From: Scyliorhinus canicula
Lineage: Eukaryota
DNA length: 64,000 nucleotides
Direction: 5' to 3'
NCBI RefSeq assembly: GCF_902713615.1
Contig: NC_052161.1
Location: 4,133,698-4,197,697, forward strand
Below, piece by piece: positions 50,070-59,789 of the stretch. How positions within the stretch are numbered: position 1 is the first letter of the stretch; the number at the start of each line of letters is the position of its first letter. Both the position numbers and the translations under genes were made by a program. The notes below the pieces were generated by a model. It made no database searches and had not been told where the DNA came from. It saw only the letters and a list, made by a program, of their open reading frames with translations.

Positions 50070-50150
50070 CTATGAGTTGGTCATTGGAGACATCATACTC
50101 TTCTACCATTTCACTGCCATCTAGAAACAAATAATGTACTTTCTTCTTAC
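50070..50150 (-). CDS. DPCD: DPCD exon 2
   Basis: caacaag|GT AAG..ATA G|gtaagg, 81 nt. KKKVHYLFLDGSEMVEEYDVSNDQLI. Confidence 0.96.
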
Positions 50151-50429
50151 CTTGTTGGGGATAAAGAGACACAATCAGAGCCATGTTAGGAGTCAGAATT
50201 ACAATCAACAGGGCCACACACTAAAATTACAAAAGATTACAGTAGAAACCTTACTGAGGGGCTGCCAACTCCAAGTCTGGCATGTAACCCATTAACAATC
50301 TCCCACCTTGTAAGAACATAAAGATTGATATAGGCCATTATTAGCCCACTCTGCTATTCAGCGAGATCATGGCTGATTTTTGACTTCAAAACCATTTTCC
50401 TGCCCAATCCTCATTTCCCTTGATGTTTT

Positions 50430-50645
50430 TTTAACATAAATTTAAAGTACACAATTACATTTTTCCAATTAAGGGGCAATTTAGCGTGGCCAGTCCACCT
50501 ACGCTGCACATCTTTGGGTTGTGGGGCTGAGACCCACGCAGACACGGGGAGAATGTGCAAACCCCACACCCGGGGCCGGGATCAAACCTGAGACCTCGGC
50601 GCCGTGAGGCTGCAGGGCTAACCCACTGCGCCACCATGCTGCCCA
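50430..50645 (-). mobile_element. Short V-SINE with 14-bp TSD at a TTTT/AA site
   Basis: TCCCTTGATGTTTT at 50416-50429 and 50646-50659, followed by AAAT. Confidence 0.92.
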
Positions 50646-51009
50646 TCCCTTGATGTTTTAAATATGTAGAAACCTATCAGCTCAGCCTTGAACGTCCTCA
50701 ATGACCGAATCCCCACATTCCTCTGGATGGAGAGTTCCGAAGTGAAGAGAGATTCCTCTTCAGCTCTGTTCTGAATGAAGTGCCCATCACTTGGAGTTGG
50801 CTGGTTCCAGACCCCCAGTCTGGGGGAAACATCCTTCCTGCATCTCATAAAAATAACAGGCAGATCCTATCCTGATGCCCAGAGGAGAGGTTTTCTCTCC
50901 ATATCACTGAGACTTTGCACCATCTCCCCCGCTTCCTCCAATAGTCTGTTTAAACACTCTGCTCCCCTCAGCCTCTCTGACCCCCCAAGCCTTCCGGGCC
51001 CGGGCTCAC

Positions 51010-51073
51010 CGTCCTGCACCAGCGCCGTTTTCTTCGCTCCCTTCAGACTCTCCAACCAACTCTGCGCCGCCAT
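51010..51073 (-). CDS. DPCD: DPCD exon 1 (start codon); full CDS 64+81+125+134+103+105 = 612 nt, 203 aa
   Basis: AAGATGGCG Kozak context; MAAQSWLESLKGAKKTALVQD G|gtgagc; human [22 protein letters not shown] (recalled). All six exon phases join without a stop. Confidence 0.97.
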
Positions 51074-51419
51074 CTTGCTGCACCCGCGCGGCCTCCATGG
51101 CAACCCGGCCCGCCGTCCTGGCCCCGCCCATCCATTCCTGCGTCACGTGGACCCGCCCACTCATGGGACGCGTCATCCGGCCCCACCAAAATTTCATGCG
51201 TCATCCGACACCGCCCACCCAGTTGATGCTTCCTCGGACCCCGCCCACGCTTTTGAAACGTCATTCAGCCCCGCCCAGTCATCTGGCGACTTTGGACCCC
51301 GCCGTACATTTGACTCATGCGCAGCCCCGCCCACACCTTTCATGCGTCATGGGGCCCCGCCCACACCGTTGATGCGCCATCCGGCCCCGCCCATCGAGGA
51401 GCGGCCTGTGACGTCACTG

Positions 51420-51526
51420 TGCTGGGTGGTGATTATAAACAGGATCAGCTCTCATTGATTAATTATTTTATTGATTAATTGTTTTCAATAAGCCGGGTTG
51501 ATGGTCTCTGTTGAAGTCTCATTCGG
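51420..51526 (+). other. POLL: Putative non-coding exon 1 of POLL (5' boundary unknown)
   Basis: Strong donor CGG|GTGAGT at 51526/51527 on the POLL side of the CpG island; human POLL has a non-coding first exon (recalled). Confidence 0.5.
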
Positions 51527-52289
51527 GTGAGTGGACGTTTCCGTTTCTGTCGCCACCCGCGGGCCATTCGGTCCGTCCAGTCTGTACTAGCCCCGGCCCG
51601 CCCGCGCGCGCTCTGACCTTCTGGAAGCTTCCCCGGCGCTGCCGGCTCCAGGCCTGGGGCCTGGCTGGGATTGCGGCTCCTCAGCGGCTGTCCGCGGCGA
51701 TGCGGGGCCCAATAAACATTAAAGTCTAACAGGAGAGTTGGCGGCTCCAGCTGTTTAGTACATTGTGCACTGATTTAAATGTGTGTTTGTTCCTTGTGCA
51801 GGCCCCACAGAAACATTAGCAATGCCTTCATCAAGGTGTTTATTGTGAGGGCCCTTCCTTCCTCTCCTTCATTTATTTTGTTATCATTTTGATCTGCTGA
51901 TGTTAAATGGACATTTATCTGCAGGAGGGGAAGCGAGGAACTGAAAAGTTACAGCGTAGTACACTGCTGCCTTCCGACAGCAGGACTCCGACTTTGTGGC
52001 ACCCCAGAGATCCCAGAGCTTTGATTCGTTTCTGGTGGCCAGTGAATTGGCTAAAAGGCCGTATTCTGTTAGGTAACAGGCTGTGATTGGGTCCCTATCC
52101 TTGAGGCAAGGTTTTCAGAGAACCAAGGAAACACCTGGATGCTCAGAGGAAACAACCTTCTCTCTATCTCTCGTTTTCTCCAGAAAAGCTGTAAAGTGGC
52201 TGTATTTCTGAAACTGCCAAGACATAAATAAAGCTACAGTGAAAACCATTATACACTGAAACGAGAAACCTCGGACTGAGAGCCTAGAC

Positions 52290-52671
52290 CAGGGGTGGGC
52301 AAACTTTTCCGTGCAAGGGCCACATTCAGAAATTCACAATTCACAAAGGGCCGCATAGTATATTAAGTAAAATAATTACTTCACCCGGTTATGATTCTGG
52401 GCGCCTCATATAGAACATAGAACAGTACAGCACAGAACAGGCCCTTCGGCCCTCGACGTTGTGCCGAGCAATGATCACCCTACTCAAGTCAACGTATCCA
52501 CCCTATACCAGTAAGTAACCCAACAGCCCCCCCCCATTAACCTTAAAAAAAAATTAAAAAAAAAAAAAAAATTTAAAAAAATTTTTTTTTTTTTTTTAAT
52601 GACTTGGTGGGCCGCAGAAATACCTTTGGCGGGCCGCATGCGGCCCGCGGGCCGTAGTTTGCCCACCCCTG
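52290..52671 (-). mobile_element. hAT MITE, near-identical inverted copy of 39817-40189
   Basis: Same TIRs; 8-bp TSD GCCTAGAC (52282-52289, 52672-52679); same internal retro-tail. Confidence 0.93.
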
Positions 52672-53107
52672 GCCTAGACTGAAGAAAGGTACCAGAAACA
52701 ACCATCTGAAGCAAAGACTCTTATTCTTTTTCATTTCGATTGTGCTGAAACTCTGAGTCAAATGCGCCTGGAATTGACGGCACACTTGCCCAGTGTGAAT
52801 TTTACACATGTTGGCCAGTGCATGCTCCCTATTATTTCCCCAGTGGAAATAGAGGAATTTGGTATTTCAATCCCATCGCTATTCATACACATTTATTAAC
52901 AGCCGGGCTAACATCTAATAATTGCAAACAAGAGTGATTAAAACTTTGTTTCAAAATTCTCAAATAAAAACAGAAAGTGTAGGAAATACGCAGCAGATCA
53001 AGCAGCAATGGGTGGAGAGTTAATGTTTACGTTAAATGTCCTTTCATTAAAAACTAAATCAATATTTTGCTAATGACAACAGCTCTGTCTCATATGAAAA
53101 ATGGCAC

Positions 53108-53632
53108 TTCTGACATTGCAGCACTCTTTCAGTACTAACACCCTGACATTGCAGCACTACCTCAGTACTGACCCTCTAACAGAGTGGCCCGACCTCAGTA
53201 CTGACCCTCTGACAGTGCAGCAGTCCCTCAGTACTGACCTTCTGACAGTGCAGCAGTCTCTCAGTACTGACCCTCTGAAAGTGTGGCACTACCTCAGTAC
53301 TGACCCCTGACAGTCCAGTGCTCCCTCAGTACTGACCCTCTGACAGTGCAGCGCTCCCTCAGTACTGATCCTCTGACAGTGCAGCAGTCCCTCAGTACTG
53401 ACCCTCTGACAGTGCAGCACCCACTCAGTACTAACCCCTGACAGCCCAGTGCTCCCTCAGTACTGACCATCTGTATGAAGTCTTACAACACCAGGTTAAA
53501 GTCCAACAGGTTTGTTTCAGAGGGTCAGTACTGAGGGAGGAGCAGTGCGGCACTCCCTCAGTACTGTCCCTCTGACAGTCCAGTGCTCTCTCAGTACTGA
53601 GCCTCTGACAGTGCAGCACTCCCTCAGTACTG
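53108..53632. repeat. 33-bp minisatellite CAGTACTGACCCTCTGACAGTGCAGCACTCCCT derived from a DeuSINE-type core
   Basis: About 13 degenerate units; the unit matches the single-copy SINE segments at ~43680-43705 and, reversed, ~58260-58290. A short Penelope fragment at ~53476-53518 interrupts it. Confidence 0.85.
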
Positions 53633-53837
53633 TAATAAGTGTTCGCTCAGATGAAAGAAAAATACTGCGAATGTTGGAAATCCGAAATAAAAACAGAAAA
53701 TGCTGGAATAACACAGAATCTGCAGAGAGAAACGGTTAACATTTCGGCTCCAAGTGAGCATTCTGCAGAACTGGCTTAGATTTGTGCTCAAGTTCCTGAA
53801 GTGGGACTTGAACCACAACCACCTGACTCAGTCAAAG

Positions 53838-54025
53838 AGGCTGGTTTAGCACAGGGCTAAAGAGCTGGCTTTTAAAGCAGACCAAGGCAGGCCAGCAGCA
53901 CGGTTCAATCCCCGTACCAGCCTCCCCAAACAGGCGCCGGAATGTGGCGACTTGGGGCTTTTCGCAATAACTTCATTTGAAGCCTACTTGTGACAATAAG
54001 CGATTTTCATTTCATTTCATTTCAG
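53838..54025 (+). mobile_element. tRNA-derived SINE (GGCTGGTTTAGCACAGGGCTAA head) with (ATTTC)n tail
   Basis: B-box-like GGTTCAATCC; tail GCCTACTTGTGACAATAAGCG. Confidence 0.8.
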
Positions 54026-54382
54026 AGGGCTACCCACTGAACCACAGCTGACACAGAAAGTGAATAAACACATGAAAACGATTCAGCAAAGTGCAATCCA
54101 GTTGCTGATGGACCTGAAGCCACAGGCTAAAGTGAGTGGGTGCAATGCTCCCAGCCTCATTCAGAATGGCTATGGGGTGGCTGTTGTGGGAAGTAGCAAA
54201 AGATTGGAGCTGAGCAGAGTAAGCATAACTCTGTATCAAAGTGCACTGTGGGTCATCTGAACATGTTTGATGCGGATATTGGGACTTGAAGGGAAGTATT
54301 CTGTGCCCAACATTAACATAATTCATAATGAACACCAAAACCACACACAAAAGATGTAGCAGTCACTGCTCACAGTAAGCTG

Positions 54383-54560
54383 CAACAGGTTTATTTTGAA
54401 TCACTAGCTTTCGGTGCGCAGCCTCTGCCTCAGCTTCACCTGAGGAAGGAGCTGCGTTCAGAAAGCCAGTGATTCGAAACAAACCTGTTGGAATTTAACC
54501 GGCTGCTGTGAGACTGCTTACTGTGCCCACCCCAGTCCAACACCGGCATCTTCACATTTC
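54383..54560. mobile_element. Penelope-like element end: inverted repeat with two degenerate minimal type-I hammerhead ribozyme motifs
   Basis: Plus strand TCAC-CTGAGGA-AGGAGCTGCGTTCA-GAA-AGCC-A-GTGA (54436-54472); arms 54383-54412 and 54461-54490 are reverse-complementary. Confidence 0.7.
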
Positions 54561-54939
54561 AGTAAACTGGTGAATGAAGCAGCCCAGGAAGGAGAAATCA
54601 TCCAGGAACTTTGACTCGAGTTTTTGTGATTTTAGCTGAAAAGTGCGTTTGTGTATTCATGTGCAATCATCAGATTGAAACACTCTAGCAATCCAGGTTG
54701 GCTCTGTATCTTTTGTGAAATGTCGACAAGGGGAGACTTGATCAGGGTCTATAAAATAATAATGGGTTCCATGTTATTTTGGTGAGTTAGGTAGCGGAGG
54801 GCCAATGGTCTGGCTTGTAACTTACCCAAGGGCTGAATGTTGTCACATGGTTCATTTCCCAGGGAATAATGAGACCAAGGGAATAAGTTGCTGGCTCATG
54901 AGGAATACTGATTATCTCGATACAACCAAATGAAAAAGG

Positions 54940-55615
54940 GCAGCACGGTAGAACAAGTGATTAGCACTGTGGCTTCAAAGCACCAGGGCCCCAGGTTCGA
55001 TTTCCCCGCTGGGTCACTGTCTGTGCGGAGTCTGCACATTCTCCCCGTGTCTACGTGGGTTTCCTCCGGGTGCCCCGATTTCCTCCCACAGTCCAAAGAT
55101 TTTTTTAAAAATTGTACCCAATTAATTTTTTCCAATTCAGGGGCAATTTAGCATGGCCAATCCACCTAGCTTGCACATCTTTGGATTGTGGGGGTGAAAC
55201 CCACGCAAACACGGGGAGAGTGTGCAAACTCCACACAGACAGTGACCCAGAGCCGGGATCGAACCTGGGACCTTGGCGCCGTGAGGCTGCAGGGCTAACC
55301 CACTGCGCCACCGTGCTGCCCCCACAGTCCTAAAAAAGTAAGGTTAATGGGGGGGGGGTTGTTGGGTTACGGGTATAGGGTGGATACGTGGGTTTGAGTA
55401 GGGTGATCATGGCTCAGCACAACATTGAGGGCCGAAGGGCCTGTTCTGTGCTGTACTGTTCTATGTGCAGGTTAGGTGGATTGGCCATGATAAATTGCCC
55501 TTGGTGACCAAAAAGGTGAGGAGGGTTATTGGGTTACAGGGATAGGGTGGAAGTGAGGGCTTAAGTGGGTCGGTGCAGACTCGATGGGTCAAATGGCCTC
55601 CTTCTGCACTAATAT
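54940..55615 (+). mobile_element. V-SINE carrying a nested short SINE (-, ~55100-55320) and a SINE/CR1 3' tail piece (+, ~55330-55463)
   Basis: The host AAAGAT|GTGCAGGTTAGG is split at ~55100 and ~55464. Confidence 0.82.
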
Positions 55616-56043
55616 ATTCTAAACCGGAGGTCAAGTCATAAGACGGGAGAGTATCAAACAAATAAATCATGGTCAGTCAGGTCTCCTGCTCTAGTTTTTA
55701 TTGTCTTAGGAAGTTGGGAGAGGAATTTTCCAGATTTCCTTCTACTGGAATTCGCATTGCATTTTTATACTGTTTTAAACCTCCCCTGGCAGGTTACATG
55801 GTTTGGGCGAGTATGAATACTTTTAATCATGAAGCATTATCAAGCTATCCTAAACTATAATCATGGGTTAGGCCTCATCTAAAGTATTTTGTCCAATTCT
55901 GGGCACCACGTTTTAGATAAGAAATGATGAGAAAATGGAGGTGAGCATGGAGCATTTGAGTTTATTTTTATGGATGTAACATCTCAATCGTTGGAACAGG
56001 TTGGTTCACAGTTCAGCCACATTGTGAGTCAGTTGGACAGTGT

Positions 56044-56158
56044 ATGGAGCCTCGGGGGATCGTAAAGGCTTTTCGGAAGGTGAAACGAGCGCAGGATGTC
56101 CCACCAGAAACTGATGGAGTGTCCCAGAAGAAAGCAAAACCGGATGAAGTCAGTAAAG
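56044..56158 (+). CDS. POLL: DNA polymerase lambda, first coding exon
   Basis: MEPRGIVKAFRKVKRAQDVPPETDGVSQKKAKPDEVSK G|gtagaa, 115 nt; human starts MDPRGILKAFPKR (recalled). Likely acceptor ..GGAACAG| at 55999/56000. Confidence 0.93.
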
Positions 56159-57346
56159 GTAGAAACAATTGTTACATTCATCCTTATAATAAAAAGTAAA
56201 GTTACCGTAGTGCCAGATGACCACATGCAGCTTTCCCCTCTGAGAGTACTGTTTATTATAATAATCTGTATTAGTGTTACAAGTAGGCTTACATTAACAC
56301 TGCAATGACGTTACTGTGAAAAGCCCCTAGTCACCACACTCTGCACCTGTTCGGGTACACGGAGAGAGAATTTAGAATGTCCAATTCACCTAACAGCACG
56401 TCTTTCGAGACTTGTTGGGAGAAAACCGGAGCATCTGGAGGAAACCCACGCAGACACGGGGAGAACGTGCAGACTCCACACAGTGACCCAAGCCGGGAAT
56501 CGAACCCGAGACCCCGGTGCTGTGAAGCAACAATGCTAACCACTGTGCTACCATGCCAACCGTAGATTACAGATAATCTGGTCGTTATCACATTGCTGTG
56601 CACCCATTTGCTACTGTGTTTCCTATATTAGAAGTGAGTGCACTTCAAAAGCAATATATTGGCTGCAAAACACTTTGCAACTTCCTGAGATCAGGGTAGG
56701 CACTATCCAAATCTTTATGTATTTAGCATCGTAATATGTCTTACAGAAATTTGTCAAGGCACATGCAAACCAAATAGAAAAACACAACAACCATTTTCTG
56801 CACTAAAAGATCCACCTTGAAGAACAATCCTGCTATTCACAAATTCTTACTCCTCATTCGTCAAGTCTCCTGTCAAGAACAGTGACACCGATAATCGATT
56901 TTAGCCTTCTGTTTTGAACAATGCAGAAAGAGATCTGTGACCAACACAGTCTCCAGAGCCCTGCTACAAAACACTCCCCAAATCTCCAATTGCCTTTTGA
57001 AAGTTCCTGCGGAATGTACTTGCACCTGAATTTCAGGTTGTACATTCCAGATGGTAGTAATCCTCTTGCATCGAAAACATTCTCACCTCCCTTCCCGGTC
57101 TTTTGCTAATTATTGTAAATCTGTAACCACTAGTTACCAATTTATTTGTCGTGTAGACTACCCAGGCCCTCTACCCCCAAAACCCAACTCCGTGTCCCCC
57201 CCACCCCCCACAGTCAGCTTTGCTTCCTGCACACAAAACAGCATCAAGACCGAATGGTTCCAGCTCCCCACAAAGGTTTGGAACACATTCCACCTCATGG
57301 CATTTGACATTAACTCACCTTTCCTTTCTCCATCTCATTTTGACAG

Positions 57347-57846
57347 AAGCCGGGTTAAGTGGATTAACAGCGTATATTGTCCAAGCAGGGATTGGTAAGG
57401 CTCGGACTGAAATCTTTCGGAAGCAGATAGTACAGAATGGTGGGGATGTCAACCTTGCTTTCTGCCCCGCTATTACCCACGTGATCATTGATGATGGGAT
57501 GGATTGTGAGCGTGCCTTTCGCCTCCTGAAGCTGAAGGTGCTGCCTCCCAATGTCCAGCTTGTGCGGTCTACCTGGCTGAGTTTGTGCATTGCGGAGAAG
57601 AGAGTTCTAAGCACTGCGGGTTACAGCGTCTTCATCCCAGACAGATACCTGCAGCCTGAACAGCGGGTCAAGACCCAAGGGTCAGGGGGTGAGGGTCAAC
57701 CAGAGGCCACAGAAATCAGCTGTCAATCAATGACCATGCCAAAGGCCAGGTTGAACTGTACAGAGGCAGAAAAAACTATTGTTGAGCAGCTGAGAGAGAC
57801 CACACCTGAGGAAAACAGTGAAACAGGACAAGCTTCTGCAGCACAG
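57347..57846 (+). CDS. POLL: POLL exon encoding the BRCT domain and linker
   Basis: tttgacag|AA GCC..GCA CAG|gtacag, 500 nt. GIGKARTEIFRKQIVQNGG..THVIIDDGMD..LVRSTWLSLCIAEKRV. Confidence 0.94.
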
Positions 57847-58239
57847 GTACAGTAACTCACTCACCCCACCCCCTTTTCAAACCCCGTTGGCTATACCATT
57901 CTCCTTCATTTCTGCAACCCTTCAATTCTGCCTTTTTGTGCATCCTTATCTTAATCTCTCCATCATTGGTGGCCGTGCCTTCAGCTGCCCGAGCATCAAG
58001 CTTTGGAGTTCCCTACCAAAATCTCTCCACCTCTCAATCTCCTCCCCTTTCTTTAAGGTGCTCCTTAAACCTCTCTGACCAAGATTTTGGCCATTTCTTT
58101 CTCATCGGTTATGGAGTTCGGTGTTAAATTGTGCCTGGCGACTATTGTGTGAGACATTTCAGGATGTTTTACGACATTAAAGGTGCTAGATAAATGAGAG
58201 GCAGTATTGGGCCAGCACTGCACTGTCTGAGGGCCAGTC

Positions 58240-58640
58240 ATGAGGTAATGCTGCAATTTCAGGTCAGTACTGAGAGAATGCTGCACTGTCGGTGCAGAGG
58301 GCCAGGACCCAGGGAACCCCATACTGTCAGAGAGGTGGTACTGAGAAAGTTCCATCTTTGAGCTGGTTAACCTGAGGCCCCAAGTACCCTGTTAGGTGGA
58401 TATAAAAGTTCTCATGGCCACTGTTTGGAAGAAGAGCAGCTGAATAATTTTATCTCAATGTACATCACTAAAACAGATTGCCTGATCAATATAGTTTTGC
58501 TGTTTGTGGGATTGGTGCGGGTACAAATTGGCTTCCATATTTCTTACATTACAACAGTTGCTATACTTTAAAAGTACTTAATATGCTGTGAAGCATTTCA
58601 GAGTGTCCTGAGGTTGTGAAAGATGCTATAGAAGTGCAAA
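58240..58640 (+). mobile_element. DeuSINE-type element (SacSINE1/AmnSINE1-related)
   Basis: CAGTACTGAGAGAATGCTGCACTGTC..TTAACCTGAGGCCCC..GAAGAAGAGCAG..TACATTACAACAG..AAAAGTACTT..GTCCTGAGGTTGTGAAAG. Similar tails at ~8466-8640, ~39330-39590 (-) and ~56575-56710. Confidence 0.75.
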
Positions 58641-58667
58641 TCTTTCTCATACATTTACAAACTGAAC

Positions 58668-58992
58668 CAAGCATAGTGGTTAGCCCAGTTGTTTCACAGC
58701 TCCAGGGTCCCAGGTTCGATTCCCGGCATGGGTCACTGTCTGTGTGGAGTCTGCACGTTCTCCCCGTGTGTGCGTGGGTTTCCTCCGGGTGCTCCAGTTT
58801 CCTCCCACAGTCCAAAGATGCAGGTTAGGTGGATTGGCCATGATAAATTGCCCTTAGTGTCCAAAAAGGTTAGATGGGGTCACTGGGTTACGAGGATAGG
58901 GTGGTGTGGGCTTAGATAGGGTGATCTTTCCACGGGCCTGTGCAAACTAGATGGGCCGAATGGCCTCCCTCTGCACTGTAAATTCTATGTTC
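58668..58992 (+). mobile_element. HE1-type V-SINE
   Basis: Head, core and CR1-like tail. Confidence 0.9.
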
Positions 58993-59081
58993 TAAGTGTT
59001 GGGAGATGGCTAACTCAAAATGTGATGTTTTGTTGGAATATTCACTCCTTTCACTGAATGCTCTCTGTGGCGTCTCCCTAG

Positions 59082-59396
59082 TTATCGGAAGATGAAGGTG
59101 AAGGTGGAAGTGACATTGAGGATGACGGAATCTCTGAGTATGACCTGCAAGCACTGATCTCTGGGAACAGCCATTCTCCCAGTGCGTCTGATCCGAGTGA
59201 ATCAGCCATCAGTGGCAATTGGGTGTGTGCTCGCTCATCCGAAAGTAAGAAGCAAAACCACAACAAACCCATCACAGACAAACTGGAGGTGCTGGCGGCA
59301 GCATACACACAGCAAGGTGATAAGTGGAGAGCGCTGGGATACGCCAAGGCCATTAACGCCCTGAAAAGTTACCAGAAGCCAGTGGCTTCCTTTCAG
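59082..59396 (+). CDS. POLL: POLL exon: acidic linker and 8-kDa dRP-lyase domain
   Basis: ccctag|TTA TCG..TTT CAG|gtaaag, 315 nt. [61 protein letters not shown]. Confidence 0.96.
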
Positions 59397-59789
59397 GTAA
59401 AGTCTCTGCCCATTCTTCCTCTTCACTCCCCAAGTGGAGGAATGTCTGTTTGGAGTATACACAGGGTAGATTTATCCTGACCTTCCCACTGGGAAACTGA
59501 CGGGATCCGGTGTTTTACACTTTCCCGATCTCAATTTTCCAATTTTGCTTTTTGCCTGATTCCCTCTTTAAGAGGTGCTAGTGTCACTGCCTCACCCACT
59601 CCCAGCGGTATTCCAAGCTGCAATAGCATTGTAAAGACATTTCTCCTAGCCTTTCCCATCACTCTTAATGACAAATATAAATTGATGACTCCTTTCCTTT
59701 TCGTGACTGAATTTCCAGTTAGAGGACATGTTTACTCCATCAAAAACCCTTCAGAATTTAATCTATTAAATGCGCTTTTTACTAGTAAT

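Larger units (their letters stand above)
50990..51720. promoter_or_regulatory. CpG island / bidirectional promoter of DPCD (-) and POLL (+), containing ten 28-30 bp GC-box plus TGCGTCA-like units and a full CRE (TGACGTCA, 51409-51416)
   Basis: The only CpG-dense non-repeat region in the window; lies between the divergent genes; CCGCCC recurs with near-30-bp spacing from 51122 to 51392. Confidence 0.85.

Noticed and set aside
50775-51729. GC-rich ORFs across the CpG island (227 aa at 50775, 72 aa at 51511 and others)
   Set aside because: Expected from stop-poor GC-rich promoter repeats; only 51010-51073 (-) is supported, as DPCD exon 1.
51845-52760. Possible LTR fragment around the second MITE
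   Set aside because: The composition looks LTR-like, but I could not identify both termini or a TSD.
54060-54260. ORF MNKHMKTIQQ.. as a POLL first coding exon
   Set aside because: No similarity to Pol lambda; the real start MEPRGIVKAF is at 56044.
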